DNA of 64,000 bases from Schmidtea polychroa (taxonomy: Eukaryota): assembly GCA_044892525.1 (NCBI GenBank), contig CM097887.1, forward strand, positions 55,428,001 through 55,492,000, read 5' to 3'. This document shows positions 37,413-51,075 of the stretch, piece after piece. The position numbers and the translations under genes are program-made. The notes beneath the pieces are model-generated. The model saw only the letters and a list, made by a program, of their open reading frames with translations, had not been told where the DNA came from and did not search any database. How positions within the stretch are numbered: position 1 is the stretch's first letter; each line of letters opens with the position of its first letter.

Positions 37413-39507
37413 CAATGGTTCCCAACCCGTGGCCCGCCGGGCATAAAAAAGTGGCCCTCTCCTCAACCAAGAAAACTAAGAAAAAATTCACATTCACACC
37501 TTCTTTGGGAAAAGTTTGTCTTGAACTTCGCTTAAAACCATGATAAAACCATGATAAAATCAGATGCCAATTTAATAATAAAAGAACTATGTATCGATTA
37601 ATTTTGCTTGGTTTTCATCAATAATCTGATTTTATTTCAATCTTCTGATTTTTTTTATAAATTCTTTTAATTATCTAATTTGGTTAAAAAACGAGCTCGG
37701 AATTTAAAATCATGGATAAAAGAAAGTTTGAACAAAATAAAAACTTAGCATGTCGTGAATTTAATGACGAGTGGAAAGAGAGGTATGTGTTTGCTCTTGG
37801 TCGTAACGGAAAGCCGGTCTGCTTGGTTTGTGGATTTAGCGTTTCAGTTGTAAAGAAATATAATATGGAAAGACATTTCAACAGTAGCCATGCAGATTTG
37901 GTCGATAAATATCCAATGGCCTCTGATTTACGAAGGGAATTTATCGCCAAGAAGGAGAAAGGAATGAATGTCCAACAATCTTTATTTACTGCTATACTAC
38001 AGCAAAACAAAAGTATGGTAATTGCATCGTATGAAGTGGCACTTCTTTTGGCAAAGAAGAAGAAACCCTTTACTGATGGAGAAGAGATTGTGAAGCCAGT
38101 TCTTGAAATAGCCGCCAGAATGCTAGGAGAAAAAAACATTGAAGCCAAGTTTAAAGATATTTCACTATCGAACGATACAATGACAAGACGGGTTGAGGAA
38201 CTTGCTAATAACGTTAGTGAGCAAATTGCATTTCACGCATCAAACTGCAAGTTTTTCTCACTGACATTAGCGATACCGCACAGGTAACAATTTTTATTCG
38301 CGCGGTGAGTAATACTTTCGAGGTTATCGAAGAGCTGCTTGGACTTGAGTCCATACAAGGGACAACCAAAGGCACAAATTTGTTTGAGGTTTTAAAATCA
38401 TGCGCAGAAAAAAATAAATTGGATTGGAAAAGGTTGGATAGCATTTGCACAGATGGTGCGCCAGCTCTAACAGGCAGACATGTAGGATGTTTGTCTTTGC
38501 TCGAAAAATTTCTTGCTCGTCCACTTTTAAAATATCACTGCATTATTCACCAGGAGTCGCTTTGTGGGAAATCCATGAATATGAAGCACGTTATGGATGT
38601 AGTAGTGAAGTGTGTGAACAAAATCCGTGCAAAATCATTGCATAGGCGAGAATTTAGACAGTTTATTTCAGAATTAGATGCTGAATATGGTGAACTTGTG
38701 AATATAGATGGTGAATATGGTGAATGTGGCTCTTTTTACCAATCCTTTCAACTTTCCAGACAAAAGGATCAACTGCCTAGATGAGAATTTGCAACTTGAA
38801 ATTATAGATCTGAAATGTAACTCAGTTTTGAAAAGTCGATTCGCCGAGCTTCCGGTTATTCCAACTGCAGATGATATGATATCATTTTGGAACCTGCTCC
38901 CAGAGAGTGACTTTGAACATATGCGATCTTTTGCACAACGTTATGTTTGTCGTTTTGGTAGCACATACAGATGCGAGCAGTCATTTTCTGCAATGAAATT
39001 GATTAAAAGCAAGAATCGTTCACGCCTTACTGATTCGAACTTGAATGGACTTATGATTCTGGCAACAACTAAACTTCAACCTGACATTGAAAAACTGGCT
39101 TCTAGTATTCAGCCACAAAATTCACATTAAATCCAAATGCCTGTGAATATTTTTATTGAAATTATAAATATATTTTAACTATGATAATGATTTATTTCCA
39201 AATTCACTATCTCTGGACTTTATTGGTGTTCTATTTAATCCACAATTTCTTTATAAAAGTTAAAAACCAATATTTATCTCTGTAAATTAATTTACTAAAC
39301 TAAAGTTACTAATCAGGAATTTGCCAATTGTAAAATATTATTGTAAATTATGTCATATAAAAAATGTATCTTGGTTTTTTTCATCTAGGGTATTAACTCA
39401 CAATAAGGTTTCTTCTTCGCCGTTTTTTGTTGTTTTAAAAATTTTGGCCCTTCGTGCCCTCCACCTAAACAAAGTGGCCCTAGGCCAAAATAGGTTGGGA
39501 ACCACTG
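37413..39507 (+). mobile_element. hAT transposon (SPIN/Charlie/GTF2IRD2-like), nested, 2095 bp
   Basis: TIR CA(A/G)TGGTTCCCAACC; exact 8-bp TSD CGGTACTG (37405-37412, 39508-39515). Confidence 0.95.
37712..39130 (+). pseudogene. SPIN/GTF2IRD2-like transposase with deletions
   Basis: REFNDEWKERYVF...PVCLVCG...KKYNMERHF; KPFTDGEEIVK; SLSNDTMTRR; CTDGAPALTG...YHCIIHQESLC; FGSTYRCEQSFSAMKLIKSKNRSRLTD. Lacks LDES and the RWLS region. Confidence 0.92.
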
Positions 39508-40648
39508 CGGTACTGGCACCGGGACTGAAGGGAAATCTGAAACTGAAATATATTAAAAGAAAAATGGATATATTGTTAGGGATAGGCCTGGAGCCTTGAT
39601 GATAAAATAAATAAAAATTACTAAAATTAAAATTGGTGTAAATAAAAACAATAAAGAATTACCTAAAATAAAGTTTAGACATATTTAAATACTATAAATA
39701 ATAAATAATCTATAATTGGTAACAACTAGTGTTACTAATACTATATATAGTAATTATAAAATTACTATTAATATAATAAATAATTATAATATAATATAAA
39801 TACTGGTTCAAAACGAGAACCAGAGGAACGCAGAATTTAGAGAAAAATCATTTTGACATTAATACAATTAGGCGGAAAAACGTGATTAGAAATCACTGAA
39901 AATATTTAAATTAGCGAGACAAGAATTCGACTCAAATTCCGATCAAATTTGGTTCGTGTGAATTTACTATAAATTGCTAACAAGAGCAGTTCAGAGAGAG
40001 AGAGAGAAGAAACTAAAATTTGATTAGAACAGATCTGTGACAAAATTTCAATTGTATTAGTATTCAAGGAAGAACAGACTCAAATTTTTGGTTGACGAAT
40101 TACTTTCAAAAAGGTAAAATTATTGAATTGAGGGATAATTTATTATCCTGGTGAGAGTAAATAAAAGCGAATACAAAGTATTGATAACTTACTTTCGTAT
40201 TCCCTGGGAGCCCAAAAATCATTCCCACTTGCTTGCCCAACTCTTTTGTCTACTTTGCGATCGTTGTGCTACACAGGAGCCATCGATCTCTTGCAGACTG
40301 AGATAAACAGCAGGGATTAACAAATCCGTTATCTTATATATCTGTACAATAGTTGTAAGTTATTATTTTGTAAATTGTCGAATAAAAGTTTCATAAAAAG
40401 AAAGTGGTTTGTTCTTGATTCATTAATTTAAACTTATACGCGCAACCACATTAAATATAATATATTTATACTTATTTTTGTTTATTTATCTATTCATTTA
40501 TTTATTAGAGTCATTGTGTTGAGATCAGTAATCCCCGTTTTTCGATCTTAACAATATCAAAAAATTTATTATAGTAAATCAAACAAAAAATAAAAATGAA
40601 ATACAAAAATGAATAGAATTCAGTAGAAATAGAAAATAATTAATAAAT

Positions 40649-42587
40649 TCAGTTGTTGGCAAGTTTAAAATATGATCGAAGAAAGCACAATATATCCAAG
40701 CTTTTATCATTTAATGATGATCGAATTTTAGTTGCAACTATTGAACATCCGGTAAAAACTTGCTCCGATTCTACGCTGGTAGGCGGTACAGAATTCAAGT
40801 AGTTGTAAGTTTTTTCGAGTATGGATCCGCGACAACCTTCTGCCTCGAAAACTGTCAGCTCTTTTTTGACAATACTTACTCTATCGTTTGCTGTTTTTGT
40901 CGTTTTTGGTACAATTTTGGAATTAGTTTCTTGACTAATTGCTCTGTCCAGTTTTTCTTGTAGAGACACCAATGCTTCTTCATCTACAGTTATTTCAATT
41001 TCTTTGTCTGATTCGCATTCCTGCGGTGGTTCGCTGGTAAACGGTTTGGACATACGATTAACCAACCCAAAAATTCAGTTAATAATCTGAGTTTTTGTTA
41101 GCTTTTTAAAGTTTAAATACAAGTCGTAAACTTGATTTCCTTTCTGCAAATATTGTAGCAAATTAGATAAGTTGGTTCGACTCTCGTTTATTCGACGGAT
41201 TATTGCTTCTTTGAGATGAAGAGCTAAATAGTTGTTGCCCAAATTATTGATTAGAAAAGAAATAGTTGCATCTGCTGTCAAAAGTGTTGAATCACGACGG
41301 CATAATGCTTGAACAGCTAATTTAACTGGCTCTAGTGTTGACAGAAAATTCTTAATCAAGTCCATTTCTTCTTCATTGAACGATAACGGTGATTTGATAT
41401 CAATCAATAATTTCAGTACAGCATTTTTTACTTCAAAAAAACGTTCTAGCATAACATAAAGACTGTTCCAGCGAGTTTTTATGTCAATTAACAACGATTT
41501 TCTCTACCAAACTCTGCTTTGATATATTTTTGAAGAATATCGTCATTTTTAGTTGGTAAGTGTCGGAACAATCTGACGATACTTCTTACTTTTGTTATCA
41601 ATGGTAATAGCTCATCTAATAATTCTGGTTCAGTTTCCTCAAAAATTAATTGAAATGCGCTATCGTAGTGATCAATTCTGATTCGAAATCGTCATTATTG
41701 GCTTCGATTTCAACTGTTTTCTGCTGGACTATCTGTGCAGGCTTCTTATACAAAATATCGACTACTGCTAGATCGATTGCATGTGCAAAACATAGCTGTC
41801 GATCACAGGTTAACAATCTGCCAACTTTTTTCATGACCGAAGCTCCATCGGTTGTAATACAAAAAATGTCTTCATACAAGCTCAAACTAAATGATTTTAA
41901 ATTTTCAGAAATCTGTGTGATGCACTTTTCTGCTGGTAACGATCCATGCACTCGTAATAACCCCAAATTCCAATGTTTTCCTTTGATATGCAGGTTTAAA
42001 TTCCGATATCGACGATTTCTTGTAGAAGTCTATTCATCGAAGGATAGACTGAATCGCTCGCCGTTGGATTTCAATCTTTGCAGTTCGACAGCTAATTTTT
42101 GTCGAATAAATTTACCATATTTGATTACCATATAACGAATCGTAGACTCCGATTCGGCACATCAAATCCACGAGCAGATAAGGATTTGCGCAGCTCCACA
42201 GAAGCTACAAAGATTCTAAATGGCAAACCATCAACAGCGGTCATTCTGGCTAATACTGCATCAAGTGAGTTGTCATCAAGGTTGAAAAAACTTGTAATTA
42301 TTGATTTTTTTTGCATTGTTTGCTGAGTTACTACTAGTTGAAACGATTGACGATAATTGAACATCGGATGCAGGTTTTTTTAACGTGTTGATGGAGTGAA
42401 CTGACATCATGTGCTTATGTAGTCCACTAGTTGAACCGCCACCCGTTTTTAATTCTTTATTAAACTTACACGTCTTACATTTTGCGAATTCTCCTGATTT
42501 TTCACGTAAGAAATAACCCCATATAGAAGTTTTTTCAATTACGCTTCGAGTGCACTCTACGTATTCCTTGATTTTGTTTGTGGACAT
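40649..42587 (-). pseudogene. BED-finger hAT transposase of the outer element, frameshifted
   Basis: BED finger WGYF...AKCKTC...GSTSGLHKHMMSVH; FSLSFDE; TTDGASVMKK...CFAHAIDLAV; DIKTRWNSLYVMLERF; PPTSVESEQVF...RSSL. Spread over several ORF pieces. Confidence 0.92.
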
Positions 42588-43215
42588 GATTGGTTTAAAA
42601 GGACTGGAAAATTTTTATTTTAAATATTGAAAACTAAATTTTTATAATAAATAAAAATTTACCTGACTTGACGAACAATGCAAATTGTTTAATATATTAT
42701 ACTTTTAATGTTTGGCACTATTATGATAACTGAAATTTCAAGATTACTTAGTTTAATGCTGTTTAACTATTTTAAAAATATTTACTATCAAATTCAAATC
42801 AAATATTTTCAGCTCACTTAAACTGCTCTTTAATTATTTCAAATTAATATTTACTATTCCTATGGAAATCAAATTTTTGCCGAACTTTTTTTTTGTATTG
42901 ACGACTACTTAGTTTATTTCAAAAAATCACTTTAACTATTTGAAATTAATATTTACTATTCCTATGGAAATCAAAAGTTTTCAGAACTCACTTTATAAAT
43001 TTTTTTCGGTACTGAATTTGACAACACTTGAGTTTATTTTGAATATTTTCGCATAATTTCACATACAAGTAGTCAGTACCGAAATCCCGGGATTCGAAGA
43101 TTCTCAGCACCGGGATTCTGGTGCCACAATTAAGCCGGTATTCCCGGGATCCCGGGATTGGATGCTCGAACTGAGATCAAGCAAATTCATTTAGGGTGAT
43201 GCAAATACTAATTAA

Positions 43216-43401
43216 CCGTTTGTGGACGGTAGGCCAGCGAAGCTGGCCTCGAATTTTTTCCCAGACGTTCTACGATGTATAATGGCCAGCTGTGCTGGCC
43301 AAACTTTAAAAAAAATCATACCACGATATCGGGCATTCGTATACTAAAAAATTATGCTACAATATATACTACTTATTAAAATTAATTCCGTCCGCAAACG
43401 G
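43216..43401. mobile_element. TTAA-flanked (piggyBac-type) MITE, 186 bp
   Basis: TIR CCGTTTG(T/C)GGACGG, with TTAA at 43212-43215 and 43402-43405. Confidence 0.85.
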
Positions 43402-43985
43402 TTAATTAATATATTTTTTAAAAGTCTTGGGTAGTGTTCTATGCAACTTTCTTTCATTATTTTATTAACAGTGAAAAATATATTATTTAAAATACTTGTA
43501 TAATTCAAAGAATAATTTTCAGAAAGGATTATGTGAAGAAACATATCAAAAATTACTACCATTCAAATACGTTCGTTGCTATTCATATTTATTCTATTAT
43601 AAAGTTGTAAAAATTGTCAACAATATTATTCATGTTGAAGATTTGCGAACGAAGTTCAATTATGTTGTTAAGGTAAAAAATATATTATCATTGTATTTGA
43701 TTTTATTTTGAAATATTTTTAGTCAATCGATTTTCAATTTGGAACAAAAATCGATATTGATAATAATTGTCTAATCAATGCGCATAGATTGATCTTTACA
43801 AATTATCGATTATTTTTTGTAATTTCCTCTAATTTATTAAACAGCTTCCAGATTTAATGTTAATGTTTATTTGAATACGATAACAACAAATAAAAATGAG
43901 GATTAATTTTTTTTTATTTACATTGATGAAGCAAAAAAACAATACATTTATTTAAACATCCCTAAATTAAAATTAATTTATTAAT

Positions 43986-46900
43986 TTATTCAAGACTGTC
44001 AATTTCAAGAAAATCATTTTCAAATGGATTTTTAAAAATTGTTGATCCAGCTTGATCAGCAAGACTTTCTATCTTTTCAAGGTTTTCCTCTCTGATCTTG
44101 TTTGTACTTTCATTTAGAAAGGCTTTGATTGGAGCTGCTTTATTCAACATCTTATTCTGGGAAGAAGGCTGTAATGTAATAGTTTCTTCGACATCTGAAT
44201 GAAAATAAATAGCTAATACATTTTGACACGTGTTAAATCTAACCTGTAACTTCTTGAATCAAAACCCGATTTGGCGAGGAAAATTCATCAAATGGAATGG
44301 ATTTGGGTATCTCGGTATCTGATTACAATAAGAATTTAAATGAATGTAAATCATTTACTTTGATTATATATCTGAAATATAGAATTTGAACGATCAACCT
44401 CTTCGTCTAATGTACTTTTATCGATTGTCTAAGATAATAAATTTATTTTCAAAGAAAACCCAGAAAAATTACATCATTCGATATTGTCAGTTCATCAGAA
44501 ACTTCTCCAGGGCCATATAACCAATCGACTTCTCCTGGTTTTACAATAATATCTGCTGTTGGTTCTCCGAGACTGTCTTTTTCATTTTTCAATTTCAATT
44601 CATGGTTTTTTGCTTCAATTTTTGCTCTTCTTTGACGAAGCCCTGGAAACACCGTTTATAAATTTCCACAGACTATAATTGTTTTACATTCGAAACTGTC
44701 ATCCATTCTTTTTTGTTCCATTGCTACCCATTTATTTCTTTCGTCCTTTTCTTCTTCAATGCCTCCTCGGCAACTGACAAAATATTTTTTAAACAATCGT
44801 AATTCGACTTTAATACTTACAATGCTTCTGCGCAAGCTCTATCTTTATCAAAGACAGGCCTTTCATCCAAGTATGTTAAATTTTTCTAGAAAAATTACTC
44901 GTTTCAATATGATTTTTAGATTATTATAAAACTTTTATGTTAGATTTTATTATTATTAAAATGGATTAATTACAATTTTCTGTTACTACATCCTAATATA
45001 GCACAGAGTTGTGTCTAAATCGTTTATTAACATATTCTAAATGAGATGTTTCCTATTTGGGTCATAAGACCTCTTTTCTTAGAGGGCTGCAGGATAATTT
45101 CTAAAGAAGCCAAGAGATATTCCATAATTTGTTGGTATAAATATGTACGATAGCTAATCTCAGTTCAAATTTTAAAGTCATCCATAAATAAGCTTTTTAA
45201 TAAATCTGTCCGCAATGTTTTGATTGGACATAATACCGCTATGCAAAGATGTATGCATGAAACTAAATATTCTAACTAAATATTTGTTGGGTTGTTTTCA
45301 GAATTTTGGCATTGTTATGAAGGTAATGTATATTTTTGTATCTTTCGTTTAACTTTTATTTAAATCATTTTTTGAAAGCTCGGAAATTATTTCTTATATT
45401 TTTATATTCATAGAATTATTACAAATTGCATTCTTATATAATGTGTTTTCATAATTATATTTTAGCTTTATCAGTTCTCAATAACAAACCAAATATAAGG
45501 AACTTTTCTCGTTTTTTGGCATTATAAAATTGATATTATTTTACAATAAAATTGAACTAAAAGCAAATATATTAGAGATATGGAAACGTCGAGAAATTTA
45601 ATAGAAATCAGACAATCAAACTCAACATGCAATAATATTATTTAAAACAGGTTATCCTACAGTTATCCTACAGTTACGTCAATTAAATTAACCATTCTAA
45701 ATCTAATTTCGGTATAAATTAATTTTCATTTTCGCATGACGTCTTGGATAAAATTACGTTTTTAGAGTGATATTCAATGAACTTTCTAATGACAAACTCG
45801 CATGAGTACCATGTAGGAAACTAGTATATATATATTTATATTAAAATGTATAAGAATCGTATTAAAGATGTACATGAAGGAATGAAATTTTTTAACTCCT
45901 ATAAATTTTAATTTTCAATGTAATTTTTATCAGTGTTTTTTTACTAAATTAAAAAATATATTTATTAAAATTTTTTTTTAATGAAGTCACAATTATATAT
46001 TTTGTTTTTAGTGAAGTCTAAATTTTTATATTTTCGTTTTAATGGAGTTAAATTTTTATACTACCGTTTTAATGAAGTCGCAATTATATATTTTGACTTT
46101 TAATGAGGTCTAAATTTTTAAATTTTTGTTTTAATGAATTCATAATTATATATTTTTGTTAGTAGTGAAGTCACAATTTTTATATTTTTGTTTTAATTAA
46201 GTCAAAATTTTTTAAAACTTACCAACTTGCAATACACCGGAATTTGAACCTTAAATGACTTTTCAATCGTAAACTGTAGTTAAAGTTCAATATCAGATTT
46301 TGTAGAGTTGTTTATGTAAACATATTTCTAAATTTCGTACAACAAATTTTCCTTTGTAATGTTAAATTTGTTGTATTTAGCGCAAAAACCAAAAATTCAC
46401 ATATAGAAGAAAAGCATAAAAAATGGGTAAAATCAATAAAAGTGCAAAATTAGTAAAAATTAACTAAAAATGAAAAATCAATATTGATCGTGTATGGATG
46501 AACGCCAAATTGATAGACGAGTTCAGTATTAATAATGAAAATTTAATAAGGTGTCCGCAGGGAAAGTTGATGCGAAAAAAATCAAATTAATTAAAATTAA
46601 TTAATCGGTAATGGAAAGCCCAGGCGCTGAAGGAAACCCGATGCGCAGTGATACCCGAGAAATAAGATAAAAGAGGAAATATTTAGAGCCCTAATCAAGG
46701 AAAAACAAATTAAAACAATCATAAACCCTCAAATATTGATTTAAGGTTCCCGGGGAAATAATTAAGTGCAATTCTCTAAATCAGGGTTTACCAAACTTTT
46801 TCAGCGACGGAACACTTGGCAAATCCGAAAAACTTTAGGATAATTTTTAGTATGGTAATTCATAATAGTGAGTTGTGCCTCTGGACGGGATTGCGTGAGG

Positions 46901-49900
46901 CTGACTTCCGCGCGATGTGTAAACACGAAAAAGCGAACTATCCTTTCGCGAACCGAAGACCATACTAACAAGACTTTAGCGAATGAGGTAAAAACAATCC
47001 CATCTTCGACATCTCTTTCATGCACACAGGATGAGAGATCTTTCTCCCTCATTAAAAACTATTGGCACTTGTTAAAGACTTTTATTGCTGTACCCAACTT
47101 CTAAAAATCTTCGCTTGCTCTTGATGTCATAAAACTCAATGAAGTTTAGCCATCGCTCGTTTTTCATTATGAAGTAGAATATGTTCAATTTTCTAAATTT
47201 ACTCCAAATTTTTGCGAAATATCTATTTAGGTTCCGCGGAACATAGTTTGGGAACCCTGCTCTAGATAATTGGCCTCTCATAAATAATATAAAAAGAGGG
47301 CTCAGAAATGAGCAAGCAAGTCGAAGAAAAAAAGAGAAAAGAAGCAGATATCCGGCGATCAGTAATCGAAAGAAGAAATCTAGTAATTCTAAAAAAGGTG
47401 AGACTCGTACAAGAAAAATGCCCCTTGAGTTTTTTCTACCTTATCGAGTGGAAATTTCTCTGGAGAAAAGTGCAAATAGTGACAAAGTGTAATTGTGATA
47501 CAGATTGAATAAAAATATTCTGTGTTGGGTTTGATTTATTTGGTTGAATAAGAACACGAGGAGTCAGGGAGGGAACCGACTTTCAAATAAAACCCAACAA
47601 ATTAAAGAAATGGTAAAAGCTAAAATTTTAACCTAGAATAAATATATAAATAAAATGTCACTTACGCAAAGATTTATAACGTGCTTTCGATAATTTTTTA
47701 CGTGTTTTATAAATTGATTTCCTTGAAGATAGAGAACTCTCTGAATGAGAAATTTTGTAGAATATCAGAGAATCATATAATTTTACCAATGATTTCATTT
47801 TGGCAAATATTTCCTCAATAACATTAGGATCACTGATCTGATTGTGCTGTAAATCTAATACTGAAATATTATCACAATATATCAATTCCTTCAAATCGGA
47901 AATCGTTTCAACTTTATTGTGAGCTAAAATCAGTTTTGTGAATTTTGGCAAATATCCTTAACAAATTAAAGAATTTTAATAATGGAAATATTTAATAGTA
48001 GATTAGAGGCGTAGTGAGGAGTGCCGAGCACATGTGGATATTGGATACAGTCAGTCCTACCCTTCCTACAAAAGTTCATACTAGTTCTATACTAGTATTT
48101 GTAATAGCTGGTGCTTTCAAAGAAAAAATAAATAGAAAGCTCTTTCTTAAAAATCCTACTCTTTATTCATAACATAGAACTAAAGTTGCCATCGCACAGG
48201 AAGGTCATTTCTATAGACTGTTGCTGTTTTACTCATCTTCAACAAAAGTCGCACGGTGAGCCATGGTTTTTATCACGGGCTAGGCAACATGAAGGCTTAT
48301 AGATACTAATAAGTTGCCCTAGAACTGGAGCTGCTGAGGTCATTAACTTGAAGTTGGGTGTAGTGAAAAATATAAGTAGAAATAGCCTGAGATGCTTTAG
48401 GAAATCTGGATCTGTTCATTCATGGTCTATGCCAGGGTTATTCAATTACAGAAATCTGGAAATGGTGGGGGTGGGCTGGCAGAGGCTCGGAGTAGGGGTT
48501 TAGAGAGGTGAACTGATGAGCACATTCAATAAATTTTTTAAATAATACACGTGCAATGGTGCATTTTGGAAGCTTTTAAAAGTGAAATAAAAATTTACTA
48601 TGTGTAAATTCTAGAATTTAATTCATGTGAAAAATATATATTATAGATATAAAATTCAAACAATTATAATTCTAATAACTCAAAAACAGATTTATAAAAT
48701 CCCTAAAATTTTGGGATATGTCCATGGGCCGCTAATTGAAAAGCCCTGGTCTATGCTATGTAATGAATGTCAAATAAATAAGTCCTGCTAATTCTCTATT
48801 TAACCCATATAGAAAGTATTAAAAGTCTGTTAGCAATTGAAAATATTAAACTGCTGAAGACTACTGGAAATTATATGATAAAAAGAAGATTTAAGTTTAA
48901 TATAGAACGGATAATAACTGGCATAGATACTAATCATGCGTAATTTCAAGATATGAAACAAAAGGAACGGCAACATCCAAATATCTGATTTCAAAAAAAA
49001 ATTTGAGATTGAAGGCGATTTAATGATAGGATGTGAAAGTAAAGTATTGTGAAGAGAATAACAGTAAATACTGGAAGAGAGACATATTTAAGCATAATCA
49101 GATCGGTATAAGACAAAAATAATAGAATGCTAAAGAGAATTGGAATGAATCTCTGAGAGATAAGATTATGGAATCAGAAACCCAACTAGTAACGATTGAC
49201 ATATTTGCTTAGTATAATTGCAATTTCCCATAGGCAAGACAATCAGGCAGATCCTTTTGCATAAATCGATAGTTGTTGCTGAGAATTTAAATACGAAGAA
49301 AGTTGATGCTCGTTATATATTAATTTTGCTGAGTGATAAATTCAAATATACATCACAATATCGCACCACAAGTCAATGGGAAAGCTTTATTGAGTTTATT
49401 TTTAGGTAATTTTAATTGAAAAATTGATCTAAAAAAATTAACCCTCCTAAACAATTTCATATTGAATACTACATACATACAACTATCAATAAATGTTGTA
49501 AAAATGCCTCGAATTGTCCCAGAAACAAATTTAGTGGATAAGCAGTATTTTGTTAACACATTTATCAAAATTCTTATGAATAGCATTTGATTGGTCGAAT
49601 CGTTTAAAAAAGAAAATTTATGAATAAAACCTTTAAAACATATTTTTATCAATAAATGATGTCTAAAAATGACCCTTTAATCGACTAATGGACAAATCTA
49701 ATGTATCGTTAGAATCTGTTAACACATTTACCAAGTTTCTTATAAGTAGCATTTGATTGGTCGAATTATTAAAAAAAGGAAAATCACTGATTGGACAATA
49801 AAAAGCCAGTAAAATCTGGTGTCAAATGCAATGTATTCTCCCATAATACAATTCTATGTGTTTCAGTAGAATTTTATTAGATTTTCTATTTAGATCTGTT

Positions 49901-51075
49901 AAAACTGGCTGTTTATTGATTGGTTACACTTAATGGTAAATAAGGCCTTATAGGATAGCATTTGTAAATAAACAAAATGTGACCTGTAATCAGTATTCAT
50001 TTCTCCACCCACAAAGCCTTTATGACCCAAAACAATTGCAAATCTCGAATATAATCTTCATTATACAAACACAAATAGTTTTAAAAAAATCAATAAAATA
50101 TTTGAATGTATCAAGTTAAATTTGAAAAAATATTTGTTAAATAAATATAACTTACTCAGATTTTCAATTTTCGATATCAAATTGTGGCTCAGATCGATGC
50201 TATCCAAATTGACTAGAGTGCCAATATTTTCTATTCTGGAAATCAGATTTTTGCTCAAGTACAAGCATCGAAGTTCTGTGAGCATTTCGAGATTTTCAAT
50301 TGTACTTATCCCATTAGTCTCGAGAAATAAGCACCTTAACCCGACATATTCGTCGAGATTTTCAATGAATGCAAAACCTTAATCAACTTTAACTTTTTAT
50401 TAATTAATCAAGTTGTTGCAACCTTTATAATGCAAATAAAGTATGTCGTTCAATCTTGGTGTTATGTAGAGTTTATTTTCTTTACAATGCTTCTTTAAGT
50501 AATCTGTAGTCATTCTTTGAAAAGCATTAAATATATATTGAAAAAAAGATTTACCTCGGCCATTTATGTTTCTCGATTTCTGCATCTATTTCTCGTTTAC
50601 GTTGCTCTTTCTCTTCTGTATTAATATTGGAAATATCATTCAATGGATGCTGAACTGTTTTTTCATCTTCCCCATCATCTGAGATATTTGTTAATATTGA
50701 TAAATCTAAACACATTGACGATTTGTGTGGATCTTCAATTGTATTTAAGTTTATATTGACAGTTTCATCATCGTAAATTTTGAAATTTACGTTATGATTA
50801 AAATTTTCGTCAATTAATACTTCATTTTTATCGCATTCATTATTATTAACATAACTTAAATTACATTTATTTTCAAGTTCTATTTCTTCGATATTTTGGT
50901 CAAATATACCATTTTCTTGTTGGAAATCAATTTCTTCAACACTAGAAATTGGAGTAGGTTCCGAATTTAACTTCGAATCTTCAGAAATTTAAAATGAATT
51001 ATATGAAATATATGAACTTAATATTAAAATATTACCTTCAATACCAACAACAAAGTTGTCGCAATTGTAATTCAT
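43986..51075 (-). CDS. DNAAF1: Dynein axonemal assembly factor 1 (LRRC50/ODA7)
   Basis: Exons 51075-51036, 50978-50555, 50514-50423, 50377-50156, 47956-47787, 47740-47666, 44885-44821, 44773-44688, 44642-44473, 44428-44359, 44318-44244, 44194-43986 (1698 nt, 565 aa; phases consistent). Motifs [48 protein letters not shown] and [20 protein letters not shown]. Confidence 0.93.
45880..46210. repeat. Degenerate AT-rich minisatellite in DNAAF1 intron 6
   Basis: Repeated TTTTAATGAAGTC-CAATTATATATTTTTG-like units of about 30-33 bp. Confidence 0.7.
46379..47599 (+). mobile_element. Solo LTR (copy B) with hAT MITE insertion; 5' terminus missing
   Basis: Colinear with copy A from AGCGCAAAAACCAAAAATTC to CCCAACA; TATAAAAAG near 47289. 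Confidence 0.7.
46782..47259. mobile_element. hAT (Charlie-like) MITE, 478 bp
   Basis: Imperfect TIR CAGGGTTTACCAAACT / CAGGGTTCCCAAACT; TSD CTCTAAAT/CTCTAGAT (7 of 8). Confidence 0.85.
48433..48748. mobile_element. hAT MITE, 316 bp, in DNAAF1 intron 4
   Basis: TIR CAGGG(T/C)T(A/T)TTCAATTA; exact 8-bp TSD GTCTATGC (48425-48432, 48749-48756). Confidence 0.92.

Larger units (their letters stand above)
37333..43169 (-). mobile_element. hAT transposon (outer) hosting a nested hAT
   Basis: TIR T(A/C)GAGCATCCAAT(A/C)CCGG; exact 8-bp TSD ACTGAGAT (37325-37332, 43170-43177); CCGGGA/CCCGGG subterminal repeats at both ends. Confidence 0.95.

Noticed and set aside
37684-42364. Antisense ORFs overlapping the hAT transposases (e.g. 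37684..38148, 41650..42135)
   Set aside because: They are shadow frames of the transposase genes; the same applies to 23805..24110, 34647..34979 and 50122..50382.
43496-43711. 71-aa ORF, possible exon or integrase C-terminal fragment
   Set aside because: No convincing motif and no consistent multi-exon model.
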